Assembly (NCBI GenBank): GCA_950097015.1
Contig: CATNEN010000038.1
Location: forward strand, 2,790,001-2,854,000
Direction: 5' to 3'
DNA: 64,000 nucleotides
From: Macrostomum hystrix
Lineage: Eukaryota > Animalia > Platyhelminthes
Shown here: piece by piece, positions 1 to 13,033 of the stretch
Position numbering within the stretch: the stretch's first letter is position 1
How the letters are laid out: every line of letters begins with the position of its first letter
Notes under the pieces: model-generated
Told to the model about the DNA's origin: nothing
The model's input: only the letters and a program-made list of their open reading frames with translations
The model's database searches: none
Translations under genes and position numbers: made by a program

Positions 1-150
1 AGTTCAAGAGGCCATCCTTACAGATCCTCAGTTCAAGAGGCCGTCCTCACAGATCCTCAGTTCAAGAGGCCATCCTCACAGATCCTCAGTTCAAGAGGCC
101 ATCCTTACAGATCCTCAGTTCAAGAGACCATTCTCACAGATCCCCAGATC
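1..150. repeat. 29-bp minisatellite (intronic)
   Basis: agttcaagaggccatccttacagatcctc x~5. Confidence 0.9.
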
Positions 151-201
151 AAGGAATAAAAATGCACATCCTGATGCTAGACTCATTTTTTACACCTGCA
201 G

Positions 202-2384
202 CGGCGGTGGAGGCCAGGAATTCAGGCCACTTCTATTCCAGCCGCAGCAGCCGATGCAGCTTATCCAACAGCAGCCGCTTGACAGCCGATCACTGAACAG
301 CGACATAAGCTACGGCAGCTACTCGTTCAACCGGCTGCACACGAACACTCCGGCCAACTCGGTGGCCGAGTCCACTCTGGACCGGCTGGCCCGCATGCAC
401 CAACTGGACAGGCGGCTGCTGGTGTACGGCACTGGCATCCTGGGTGAGTGCTCGCCTGACTGTCTGCCTCACCGTCAGAGTGATCTATTCGCCTATCGAT
501 CTCACAGTCCAAGCCGCACCCCACCCCGCCAGGTCGCGGCCTGTTCGGCCAGGTGCGCACAGCCAGCCTGAACGGCAAGCAGGTGTTCGTTAAGGAGCTC
601 ACCTCGGCTGCCTACGGCGCCAGGACCGAATTCACCGACCAGGTAAAACTGTTCTCCCGCTGCAGCCATGAGTCCGTGACCCGCCTTGTGGGCCTCTGCC
701 TGGATGCCGGATCCACTGTCGACTGCTGCCCAGTCATGGTGCTTGAGTACTGCGAAAATGTGAGCTCATCTGGCTTGCGGAACGGGGGTTAATAGCTTTC
801 CGAACCATCCCAATCCTCCCCATCTTCCTTATCCTTCCCATCTTCCTTATCCTTCACATCTTCCTTATCCTTCACATCTTCCTAATCCTTCCCATCTTCC
901 TTATCCTTCACATCTTCCTTACCCTCCCCATCTTCCTTATCCTTCACATCTTCCTTATCCTTCACATCTTCCTTACCTTCTCCATCTTCCTTATCCTTCA
1001 CATCTTCCTTAGCCTTCCCATCTTCCTTATCCTTCACACCTTCCTAATCCTTCCCATCTTCCTTATCCTTCACATCTTCCTTAGCCTTCCCATCTTCCTT
1101 ATCCTTCACATCTTCCTAATCCTTCCCATCTTCCTTATCCTTCACATCTTCCTTACCCTCCCATCTTCCTTATCCTTCCCATCTTCCTTATCCTTCACAT
1201 CTTCCTTACCCTCCCCATCTTCCTTATCCTTCACATCTTCCTTATCCTTCACATCTTCCTTATCCTTCCCATCTTCCTTATCCTTCACATCTTCCTAATC
1301 CTTCACATCTTCCTTAGCCTTCACATCTTCCTTAGCCTTCACATCTTCCTTATCCTTCACATCTTCCTTATCCTTCACATCTTCCTTACGCTCCCCATCT
1401 TCCTTATCCTTCCCATCTTCCTTATCCTTCACATCTTCCTTAGCCTTCACATCTTCCTTATCCTTCACATCTTCCTTGTCCTTCACATCTTCCTTATCCT
1501 TCACATCTTCCAAATCCTCCCTATCTTCCCAATCCTCCCTATCTCCCCAAACCCCCCTTTTTTCTCAATCTTTCCATCTTCCACATCTTCCTAATCTTAC
1601 CGTCTTGCCAATCTTTAAAATCTTCCACATCCTCCCTATCTCCTTTGTTGGATTGTGTGCACAATCTATTTATCCTATTAACCTGAATTCGCCCCCAAAC
1701 AAGAGCTGATCCATCTGCATCCCTCCTCTCCGCTGCCAGGGCAACCTGTACAACCGGCTGGTTGACATGCGCAACCGAGGCCAGCAGCTGCCGCAGGCCA
1801 CGCAGCTCCGAATGTGCCGCCAGGCCGCCCTGGCACTGCAGCACCTGCACAGCCTCGGCTTCGTCCACTGCGATGTCGGCTGTCGAAATCTGCTAGTCAG
1901 CTCGGACGACAACGTCAAGCTGACCAACTTGGGACCCTGTCTAGACAGGTTTTGCGGCCAGTACGGCCAGTCACCGTCTGGGCACCTTCTGCCTCTGCGC
2001 TGGATGCCGCCGGAGTCGCTGGTGCGGGACCAGTTCGGCATCAAGACCGACATCTGGTCACTCGGCGTCACCGTCGGAGAGATCTTCACCGCAGCCAGGC
2101 TGCCGATGCCGCGACTGGCCAGCGATGCCGATGTTCTAGCCGCAGCCTCGGTCGCTGACGCCGCCCAGCTGACTGCGCCGAATCCTGAAGCTGCCGCCGT
2201 GGCAGCCGCCGCCTGTGGCTTCTGGCCGGTGCCGGCAGTCGAGGCGCTGCAGGCGGTGGCCGTCCGGTCGCTGATCGAGCGCTGCTGCTGCCCGGCTCCG
2301 GACAGGCGGCCAACGGCGGCTCAGCTGGCCGAGCAGCTGGCCGAAATCGTGAGAATGCCGCCGCCCATCTCCGCCGACTGCTGA
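202..2384 (+). CDS. PTK7: PTK7/Off-track-like receptor tyrosine pseudokinase, 3' exons (5' part outside window)
   Basis: Exons 202-443, 533-759, 1740-2384 join in phase at GT-AG junctions. They give LGRGLFGQV, VFVK, HCDVGCRN, KLTNLG (DFG replaced) and LPLRWMPPES, matching the PTK7/Otk kinase-like domain. Confidence 0.75.
815..1512. repeat. 18-bp minisatellite (PTK7 intron)
   Basis: catcttccttatccttca units. Confidence 0.95.
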
Positions 2385-3084
2385 GCTGATCGGACATTGC
2401 ACCGGTCTTTGTCTACTAGTCTTCGTCTGTCATGCATTGCTTCGGGTTCGCTGCACTAGCCAGGTCTTTGTGGCACCAAGTTCACTGTTCAACAACTACC
2501 AAGAGGAAGCCGTTGGCCATGGACATCGTCACACAGTTGATAAGTAAGAGAAGGATTAAGGCTCCACCACGCACCAGATTCGTTATTTTGCTACATCCTC
2601 ATTAAGAATCTAATTATCCTACTGTGCACACGCACTATCAAGAGCTTTTGTGTGCGCCCAGCTGGCTTCATCGAGCTTCTTCGAGCACACTTTGCGACCA
2701 TATTTTTGTAGTTGTTTAATGTGCTTCTAATTTTTATAGTTAATTTTATATATTGTCAACGAGCTTAAACTATTTTATACACACACCGCTAATATCCTCG
2801 CACTGTCAGCAAGCACAATAGCGCAGTTTGCTAACCACAGTTCAACTTCTGTCCTGCTATTTGCTTCAGCAAGCATGCTATGTTAGCCTGCGCTGCCTTA
2901 GCATTATTCACGTTATATATACTGTGTATGACTGACAACTGGGAACTGATACCTTGCTGTAGCCCGATGACCGAGCAGCCAGCCTAGTCCGCTTGTTTGT
3001 CGGTGCTTTGACCCTGAAGCCCTTGGGGCGCTAGCCAATGATGATTCTTTAAACTGTCTTCTAAGGCTGAAACCAGACCAGCCA

Positions 3085-3490
3085 CTCCGCTCAAAACCCC
3101 GATGTACACAATGTACACAGACCGACCCCTCTACTCAAACCCGATGTACACACGCCACAAGACTGACACCTCCACTCAAACCCGATGTACACACGCCCCA
3201 GACCAACCCCTTCACTCAAACCCCTATGTACACACGCCTCAGACCAACCCCTCCACTCAAACCCCTATGTACATACGCCCCAGACCAACCCCTCCACTCA
3301 AACCCCTATGTACATACGCCCCAGACCAACCCCTCCACTCAAACCCCTATGTACATACGCCCCAGACCAACCCCTCCACTCAAACCCCGATGTACACAAT
3401 GTACAATGTGCACAGACAAACCCTCTACTGAAACCCAATGCACACACGCTCCAGACCACCCACTGCCGCTTACAACCCCAATGTACACCT
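3085..3490. repeat. 41-bp minisatellite
   Basis: aaacccctatgtacatacgccccagaccaacccctccactc units. Confidence 0.9.
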
Positions 3491-4254
3491 TCAAGTTTCA
3501 CTGCATTCGCTAGGTTTTCAGTTCTGTGTCTGATTTTTTGTCGAAGGTGCTAATTAAAAAATTATGGAGCAGGAAGTTGTAAGAATCCGAGCTTATTATT
3601 CTGTCAGCTTCTGCTGTTAGTGCGCTACCCCAGGCCCTTGTATAGTTCTAGCTGCTGATCGCATGATCCGCCTGTCATTGCTCTCCTGTATAAGCCAAGC
3701 TCATATTTGTTCATAGCAAATTGTTTAGCCGCCAATCGTCTCTGAATGCTTTCAAATCGATCTGAAAATTTGCCATTTTTAGGGGCTTTAATGAACCCCT
3801 GCTTTCACTCGGATAAATGTCTTGTTTATTTCTACTATTTCTACTATTATTATCATTTAGTGCTCATGTTCGCCTGTTTGAGCTCCAATTATAAATTAGT
3901 ATTGTGCCGCCAGTCTGCCCTAAGCTTTGCTGTCGTTATTTGCCACCTACGACGCTGCTGGTACGTGTCAAAGGTGGGAATTTTAGTGAATTCGTGCACT
4001 AGACTTACGAGCTTCTGCTTTTCAATACCATTAGCAAAATTCTCTTTTGTGCACAATATGCAGGACTTCGGTTTACAAATAAATATGGAAAATGTGGAGC
4101 TAAACCCAAATGCAAATGCTTTCTGTTTGCGGATAGATAATAAAAAAAATAGTTTAAATAAATACCTTAATGAGAAAACTGCACCTGTTGTGGGATACGC
4201 TCGTACATGTTTACTTCATATACATAAATAATTATGAGTTATTACACCTGGCTC

Positions 4255-4410
4255 CAACTAGGCCAGCCAAATGCTGCAGTACAACTGGGTGAACTGAAGC
4301 GTGCAGAGTTAAGTGTATTGACAAAGGACACAATTTGTTACAGAGGGAGTCAGGAGACGAACTCCTGACCTTCAAAGTTGTGAGTCCGACGCTCATCCAA
4401 TTGGGCTAGC
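4255..4410 (-). mobile_element. tRNA-derived SINE with CORE-like domain
   Basis: Minus strand reads A-box-like tagcccaattgg, B-box-like gagttcgtctcc, then tgtgtcctttgtcaatacacttaactct..cagttcacccag resembling the MIR/CORE consensus; related copy at 24598. Confidence 0.6.
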
Positions 4411-4791
4411 TACTACTACAACGCCGCTTTTCAGGTAAATGGTAAGCAGGTAAAATGAATTATAAATCTATGGATGAATTTCTTGTCCTTATATTGGATA
4501 GGCCAGATATTTTTGGCCGGCTATTTTCTTGTCATCTAGATCACCTAAAATCGTATGAATTATTAGAATCTTTACAGGAGTTAAAAGGATGTTTTCAAAG
4601 CAATCAAGGGGCTGCAGAGCCCTTAGTCTGGAATTCCTTAGATCAAGGAATCTGATCACAATTTTAATTTGAATGATTTGGAAAACTGTACCAAAAAGTA
4701 TTCTCCTATGATCCTGCGTTCGATCGGTGTACTAGTACTTTCGAATACTTTCGAACATGACGATTACAAGTACATATTCACATTTTTACAT

Positions 4792-4932
4792 CAGGGACTA
4801 TTAAATACTAAGTATTCTTAGTAATAACTAGGTACTATTTAGTGCTAGTATTTAGTACTAAGTATTTACTATTTACTAATACTAACTACTAAATACTAAC
4901 TAAATCCTAAGTATTTGGTAGTCCTTAGCTTG
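4792..4932. mobile_element. hAT-type MITE (~141 bp)
   Basis: Starts cagggactattaaatac with imperfect inverse gtatttggtagtcctt near the end; flanked by direct ttttacat (4784-4791, 4933-4940). Confidence 0.6.
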
Positions 4933-5163
4933 TTTTACATCTGCAGTCATAATCTCGAATATCAGGAAGCTTTTATAGTTTTCCAGTGGTTAGAGCTTTG
5001 GACTTCTGAGACAGGTCGGATGTTTGAATCTGAGCTCAAGGGAGAGAAACAAAGGGATCGGCAGTGCAGTGTGCGGTGCTGCAAGGGTTTAATGTCTTAA
5101 CTGTCAGGCACCTGGCGCAAGGCTCTGCCGCCATATTGGAAACATATCTAGACATACGAAACA

Positions 5164-5216
5164 CAGGGACCACTGTAGTATAACTACTATTACCGCTTTT
5201 ACCACAGCGGTCCATG
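5164..5216. mobile_element. hAT-type mini-MITE (53 bp)
   Basis: Termini cagggaccactgtagt / accacagcggtccatg; perfect 8-bp TSD acgaaaca; left end nearly identical to the element at 20301. Confidence 0.7.
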
Positions 5217-6042
5217 ACGAAACACTGCACACAATGCGCATCTATATTCCCATGTGTCCGTCTCAAACATAACCGCGTTTCAAACTGCTTTAGCTACTAA
5301 AGAGGCTGGGGTAAGAATCTGAATTGGCTTTAAATACTATGTACGCGTGCGTACGCCTGTGTACGCGTTTTAGTGCAAATTTTAGTTTTTTATCCGCTGG
5401 TGTTCATTTTATATCTTAGGACTAGTTTATATCCATGTATTACTTAAAATAATTATGCTGACACTTACATCATCAATAAAGCTACAAGCTATATTGCATA
5501 ATATTTATTGAACAAAAATACTGCTTAATTTACTTTAAATTACTTTACAGGAACCTTCTTAAGCTCTAACTACAATTTAAAGAGAGTTTGCTTTACTAGC
5601 TTTGTTAAAATACGTAGTTATATTTGTTAAAATATACATTTTCCATGAAGCATGATGCATTTCTACTATTTTTTATCACCAAGCGCTATACTTAGTGCCG
5701 CATACAATTCGAATTAATTGGTTGTAACACCATTTTAAGGTATTTTTTCAAGATTTAGACAAACAAAAGCTTGCATAAACGCCAAAACATGCTAATCAGC
5801 TACGTCCGCAACTAGTACTTATGCAGTTGCATAGGTTCTTTCGCCTAGCATTTTAAAGGCTACAAAACGGCACTACCCTGTTTGTTGTCGGTGATTCAAT
5901 TACTAAAATTTTTCGACTTATTTTTCCAAACAAACTGGTCAGAGTTACATATTTCCAATACAAGGTGGCTTAGATAGAGAATAACCAATTGCTGAAATTA
6001 GTTAAAACAATTTTATTTTTAATTTTATTTACAGTTAATAAA

Positions 6043-9000
6043 ATGTCAAAGCAGGCATTTTCCTTTCTAAACAAGTAAGATTTTTTTTCTTTTTTTCTAC
6101 TTTTTAAGACTTCATTTTCATATTAGAATGTTGGCTTTTAAAGTGAAATACTAATTGAGTCTTGCTAAATGTATTGGTTGAATAAGCTATATTTGAATAA
6201 CAGTATAGACTTATGTGGCAATATTGTACTTTGCTTTGCATAAATATTTTTTAGTTTGAATTGTTGCCTTTGCATCACACAGAGTCTGAATTTGATCAAA
6301 CTAGTCATGCCACATCATCTGTCATCATAATTAAAGCTTAATAATTATTTTATTTTGTGGCAAGTATAATGTACAGTTAGCTAGCTGTTGGATTCATTGC
6401 ATCAAATAGGATCAACTATTCCACATTGCTAATACTTGTGCATAAGCTAGGTCTTGATCTACTTACAGTATTAACTTAAAGATTTTGAAGCATAATAGAT
6501 TTTAATTAAAAAATACTTTTTATATTTTACTATTAGGCCTATGTTTACTATTTAGCTTTCTACTTTCTGAATTGTAGTGCCTAAGCTTACCCAATTCAGC
6601 CCTAAAAAGGTTATTTTTATCCAAAAGCTATTCTTATGGACTAACTTGTATAATATAAGAATGGGACTCTTATTGAAGTGCATTCTTGTGACTGTTGGAA
6701 GCTGGGCACTCTTATTTAAAAGCACTTCCATATCTACTTAGTAACTCTAGGTGTACTCTTATCAAAGTGTAGGTAGCCGAGAACAGCCTAGAATCCCTAA
6801 CTGGCTATAGGTATACTCTTATCCAAGAGCTGCCTATGGATCTCACTCCCGATGTAACTCTTATCTAAAGAGCCTAAAGAGACTAGAGATCCGTGCACTT
6901 AAACAACTCTTGTCCAAGAGATTCTCCATTGTGTTCTGCTTAAGCTTTTCCGAAATCAAGTTTTATACTTTTGCACAAGTTCTGGCTAAAGCTCTGTGGG
7001 TGTCTTATATTTATAGGAGTTTTAGACCCCCACACTTGCCATAGGCTGAGGTGCTATGGGGCTTTCTGATTGGCTGGAAAGCAGGCGGAATTTCCATGGG
7101 GGTTAGAATTGACACTCTAAGATTCCAAATAATTACTAGGCTAGACTATTAGGATAGAGAGTATGCTAGACAAGACAGCATGGCAGGGATAGCTAACTAG
7201 TCAAGAGTGGGAGCTGAATGGTAAGCCTAGTAACTAGCGACTCAGTTCCTAATTAATGTGTAAAAAATCTAATTTTTTTCAAACTTTTGTTTTTCTAGTA
7301 ATGTTTCCTAATTTAATCACCAAGAGCTAAATTATTTAAGACCAGACTTGCCTACCAAGTTTCTTCCTTTGGAACTAAAAATAGCGTGGGTCTATTTTTG
7401 GTAGTATATAAATAACTGATGCAGTATATATTACCAATACTAATTGCCAACCAGCTAGTAAACAAATTAGAGTTTTTTAAACTCCAGTCAGTATTTAAAT
7501 ACTAAAAGCAGAAAAGTATGAAACATTACAAACCAATTGATTGCTTAACTTTATTTGTGATCTGGTGTCACAGTAAATGGCTCTGTATTTATGCTTTGAA
7601 TTTAGACTTCCTGGCCTACAGTCGGAGCCAGCTGCAGCCACAGCTGATGACCAGCTGACGCCGCTCTGCCAGAGGGCCGAGTCCACCGTGGAGCCGCTGC
7701 AATCCGGCTTGGAAAAAATCTCCAAGCGTCTGGAAAAATGCTCAACTAAGAAAAAGAAAGATGAAGAACTGATTGACACTTTGAAATCGGTTGGCGAGTC
7801 TGTGGCGGATGGCGCACCCCAGCTGGCCAGGATGCTAGACGCGATGTACAGCATTGAAAAGGCCCAGCTTGACAGTCGGGAACGCATGTATAGTCAGCTA
7901 AATAATATCTGCAAGGACAAGTTCAAAGTGCACATGGAAGCACTCAAGATGGTTTCTAAGCAGAGGAAGGAAATTAATAAGCTTAGTGAAGAGCTGGTCA
8001 GGCTTAGGTAGGTTTTCCTCACGATATTTGAGTGATTTTCACTTTTGAATTTACAAAAATTTGCTAGATACGCTTAGGGATTGTTACTTGCAGTTTGGTG
8101 TTAACTTGACTTGACGTTTGACTTGTGCGTGCAGCAACTCGGGGTGACAACAATTACTCTGGTCTACTCGTAGAAAAGCAAACTAATCAGCTAAACGGGC
8201 ACATAACAAAATGATTGTCTGTGACAGAGAGGCTAAAAATAGACCCTGACGTAAGACAAAAGGCACGTTACAGAGGGGTTGTCTAATGCATAGGATCCTG
8301 TTGCTAAAAATAGACCATGGCGTAAGACAAAAAGGCGCGTAACAGAGGGGTTGTATAAGGTATTGGAGCCTGTTGCTAAAAATAGACCATGACGTAAGAC
8401 AAAAAGGCGCGTGACAGAGGGGTTGTATAAGGTATTGGAGCCTGTTGCTAAAAATAGACCATGACGTAAGACAAAAAGGCGCGTAACAGAGGGGTTGTAT
8501 AAGGTATTGGAGCCTGTTGCTAAAAATAGACTCTGATGTCAGACAAACATGTCTGGTACGTGATGACGAAGTTTTCAAAGAGGATTCCGTTGCATAAAAA
8601 CTACGTTAGACAAGCGTAATGTATCCTGGGGCTAAAAATCCGAATCTCCGAGCATGTTCAGTTCAAAAGTTCAAGCATGAGAAATTTTAAAAAATTCTTT
8701 TACAAAACAGAAGGCGTCTAGCTCAGCAGCAACAACAGCAGCAGCAGCAGCAACAGCCGCAGCCGCAGGTCATCGCCGATCTGCAAACAGAATTGTCTAC
8801 AAAATCAAGTGAGCTGCGCCGCCAGCGCATCGCCTACGATGCCAGCCTGCAGCATGTAACTAGCATACACAGCCAATGCTGCGCAGACCTCAGCGACATG
8901 ATCACCGCCCGCCTGAACTACCACAGAGAGTGCGCCGCTAACATGGCTGACACTGAGTGCCTGCTCAAGGACGACCTGGCCAGAATTGGGCGCACTAGCG

Positions 9001-12000
9001 GCCCGTGCTACTCCGTTGATCTGGACCAGCACCTGCTCACCACTGAGAGACAGATCGCCTATGTGCTGCAGCTCTGCATCGGGGCGCTTAACAAACCCAG
9101 CGTTCTGACTGAGGAGGTGAGAGATCTGGAGACCGGAATTATCTTTTATTTGTTAAAACATGGTGCGAGATTTCAAAGAACTCAACAGAATCTAAAATCC
9201 CGGATCCCAGATCCCATGTTATGAATAATTCAGACCCACATGAACCTTTCCGGATCCCTTTCGATCTATACAGATCCCCATGAACCCATTTACACCCCCA
9301 TTAACCCAAACAGATCCCCCTTACACGCATTCATATCCCACGAACTCATTCCGATCCCATAAACCTTCTACATTTCCCCAAAAAACTCTTCCCAATCCAC
9401 ATAGACCTTTCAATACCCCATAAACTCATCCAGATCTCCATAGACCTTCCATTTCCCCATAAAAGTTATCCAGATCCCCATAGACCTTCCATTTCCCCAG
9501 AAAACTCACCCAGATATACCTTTTCAGATCCCATTAAACTTATCCCAATCCCATTGACTTTTAATGTTCCATAAAACCCATCCAGATCCCCATAGACCTT
9601 CCATTTTCCATAAAACTTATCCCAATCCCCATAGACCTTCCATTTCCCCATAAAACACATCCAGATCCCCATAGACCTTCCATCTCCCCAGAAAACTCAC
9701 CCAGATCCCCTTATACCTTTCCAGATCCCATTAAACTTAACCCAATCCCATTGACTTTAAATTTTTCCATAAAGTTCATCCCAATCCCTATTGAGCCAAT
9801 TCAATCCCAACAAGGTGATTTGAGTGCCCTGACGTCGCCCGCACCCCACACTAACCATTTCTCCAGGGTTTATTCCGGACAAGCGGCCCAGCCAGCGCCG
9901 TGCAGAGGCTGGAGTCCGACCTGAACCTCATGCAGGCCGACGCCTCCATAGGCCAGTTCGAGGCGTCAACCGTTTGCGGCGCCCTTAAGAAGTATCTGAA
10001 ATCCCTGCCCACTCCTTTGGTTGGCAGCAATCAGCTGATTGACAGCTGGCGCGAGGCATGCGAAATGCCTGACGAAGAGAAGCGGCTGGAGGCCTTTCAC
10101 AGCTGCTGCCGGGAGCTGGAGAGCAGCCGGCCCACATATCACAGGAACCTGTGCTACCTGGTGAAGTTTCTGGCGCGTGTCACCCAGCAGCAGGAGAAGA
10201 ACCGCATGACACCTAAGAATCTGGGCATCTGCATTGGGCCGAACATCTTCTACAGCTGCGGAGAGGTGAGGATATTTAGGCTATCCTAGATGTATATTGG
10301 GGAAATCAGTTCTGGTCTACAAACTAAATCCCAGTCCTAAAATATTGATATACGAGTTTCCAAGTAAAGAATCCCAGTCCCGACATCTAATAATCTCATT
10401 TACGAGATCCTTCAATCCTGATCCCTGAAATATTACTATCCCAGGCAAATTATTTCTCTCCGCAAACACTGTGTTGATCAAGCATCGTACTAAATACATT
10501 TTATCGCATATCTGCAGGCCTCAGGGCTGGATGAAATGAAAGCCGCTAACATTGGCTCGCAGCTCGTTGAGAACCTTCTGAAATGGCACGAGAAGCTCTT
10601 TGGTACTCATGGTGAGATGCGACTGCCCGACTGCTGATATCTGCGTTACTTTTGTACATCTCCTAAGTAACAGTCGATTCCAGCTCACCAGTCTTTGTAG
10701 CGGTCAATTCCATCTCACCAGTCTTTGTAGCGGGTGGTTTTATCTCACCAGTCTTTGTAGCAATCAACCCCACTCCGAATTACTATTCAACCAGATCCAG
10801 ATTTCGGCCTGTCAGTATCGGCGGATCATCTAGATGGGACCTTCGAATGCCAGGTACCATCAAAGGCGCCGCCGTCACCTCTTCAGCCGCCGCCGCCGCC
10901 GGCGTTGCCACCGCCACGTCGACCTTCGGCTAGCGATACAAGCCCGACTCAGACGAAGCATCGGCAAGAACAGCCTCCGGCTCCTAGCAGACCGCCGCCG
11001 CCTCGAACGCCAGTTGGCTTAGATTCCACCGACAGACCTACATCCCCAACGACTCGAATGTGAGTTCCGCTTCTGAGAGCCCCCATAATCTTCAGGTTAA
11101 TCTCCACCACTCACCTCCCAATCTTCAGGTAAATCTCCAGCACTCACCTCCCAATCTTCAGGTTAATCTCCACCACTCACCTCCCAATCTTCATGTTAAT
11201 CTCCACCACTCACTCACCTCCCAATCTTCAAGTAAATCTCCAGCACTCACCTACCAATCTTCAGGTAAATCTCCACCACTCACCTCCCAATCTTCAGGTA
11301 AATCTCCAGCACTCACCTCCCAATCTTCAGGTTTATCTCCACCACTCACCTCCCAATCTTCAGGTTAATCTCCACCACTCACCTCCCAATCTTCAGGTAA
11401 ATCTCCACCACTCACTCACCTCCCAATCTTTAGGTTAATCTCCACCACTCACCTCCCAATCTTCAGGTTAATCTCCACCACTCACTCACCTCCCAATCTT
11501 CAAGTAAATCTCCAGCACTCACCTACCAATCTTCAGGTAAATCTCCACCACTCACCTCCCAATCTTCAGGTAAATCTCCAGCACTCACCTCCCAATCTTC
11601 AGGTTTATCTCCACCACTCACCTCCCAATCTTCAGGTTAATCTCCACCACTCACCTCCCAATCTTCAGGTAAATCTCCACCACTCACTCACCTCCCAATC
11701 TTCAGGTTAATCTCCACCACTCACCTCCCAATCTTCAGGTTAATCTCCACCACTCACTCACCTCCCAATCTTCAGGTTAATCTCCACCACTCACCTCCCA
11801 ATCTTCAGGTAAATCTCCACCACTCACTCACCTCCCAATCTTCAGGTTAATCTCCACCACTCACCTCCCAATCTTCAGGTTAATCTCCACCACTCACTCA
11901 CCTCCCAATCTTCAAGTAAATCTCCAGCACTCACCTCCCAATCTTCAGGTTAATCTCCACCACTCACCTCCCAATCTTCAGGTAAATCTCCACCACTCAC

Positions 12001-12822
12001 CTCCCAATCTTCAGGTAAATTCCCCCATCTACCTCCCAATCTTCAATATTCTGAAAATCCTAATTTTCAGCTGAATATCCCTCTTTCCTGTAAATCTTCA
12101 GGTGAGTCCACATTCCATATCCATCTAAGAATCGCCCACAATGTCACCTTGCAGCCCCGAAGCCGGCATTGAAAGGCCTAAATCGAAGCCGCCGCCTCCG
12201 CCGCCGATTTTTGAGCAGCACAAAGTGTTGCTCAAGGCGATGCCAATGGCCCAAGCGCCGCAGCAGCAGTTTGTTTTCGAATCTCCTCAGTCAACAACAG
12301 CTGACCAAGTAGCCAATGGGAAGTCTCTTAGCCGCCATGCTGAGTCAGGTGCGGAACCGACGGAATCTGCGAAAGTTGAGACAGTTGCCACTGCTTCTTC
12401 AGCTGCCTCTGCTGCCCCAGCTGACGGGTAAATGTTTTGTGGTTTTTATAATCACCTGAATATTAAAGGAGGCTTGTGGAGTCTGAAGATAAAGGGTTTG
12501 GATGGCGGAGTCTCTCCTGAAGATTTTAAGTTGGTTGTTGCAGTCTCACCTGAAGAATTTTCTAGCTGCGTGAGTAAAATATTTCTTCAGAAAAGCGGAC
12601 CTGAAGCGCCCAGGCGTTCCGCCGCCGCCGCCGCCGCCGCCGCCCGCCGAGCCGCAGCGGAGCCCGCCGAGCCAGCTGATGCCCACAGATGCCAAACCGG
12701 GCTCATTAACTGCGTCGCCGTCTATTAAACGTCGCGCCGCGCCGCAGCCGCCGCGGCCTCCGCCGCCGTCAACGGCAGCCGCAGCCGCCAAACTGACTGG
12801 AGGAGCTACCGATGTCTCCTAA
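6043..12822 (+). CDS. N-BAR + RhoGAP protein (ARHGAP17/ARHGAP44/SH3BP1 family) with Pro-rich tail
   Basis: Exons 6043-6074, 7606-8007, 8711-9116, 9867-10265, 10518-10611, 10795-11059, 12155-12427, 12591-12822 are all phase-consistent. Helical BAR-like N-terminus, EEGLFRTSG arginine finger across a junction, LKKYLKSLP, NRMTPKNLGICIGPNI. Confidence 0.85.
8215..8535. repeat. 72-bp tandem repeat (RhoGAP intron)
   Basis: gctaaaaatagaccatgacgtaagac.. x~4. Confidence 0.9.
9230..9810. repeat. Imperfect ~40-bp minisatellite (RhoGAP intron)
   Basis: cagatccccatagaccttccatttcccc.. units. Confidence 0.8.
11085..12045. repeat. 33-bp minisatellite (RhoGAP intron)
   Basis: ctccaccactcacctcccaatcttcaggt(a/t)aat units. 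Confidence 0.95.
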
Positions 12823-13033
12823 CGATTGATTTCAACAATCCTGTTGTGTTTTCAAGCTTTTGCGATATTCAGATCACAATTATTCCGGTTTGTTACTGAC
12901 TTTCCTATTCAATAATCATCCGATTTTAAAATAATTTTTTATCAACTATTCCAGTACTTTCGAATTCAGCTTTGTTGCTAAACCTTCCTGTTTACAGACT
13001 AGCTTTACATATAAAAAGTATCTGGTAATTTGG

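Noticed and set aside
3746-4740. ORFs 3746-4231 and 4455-4655
   Set aside because: AT-rich, no recognisable domain or exon-like composition; probably UTR or intergenic.
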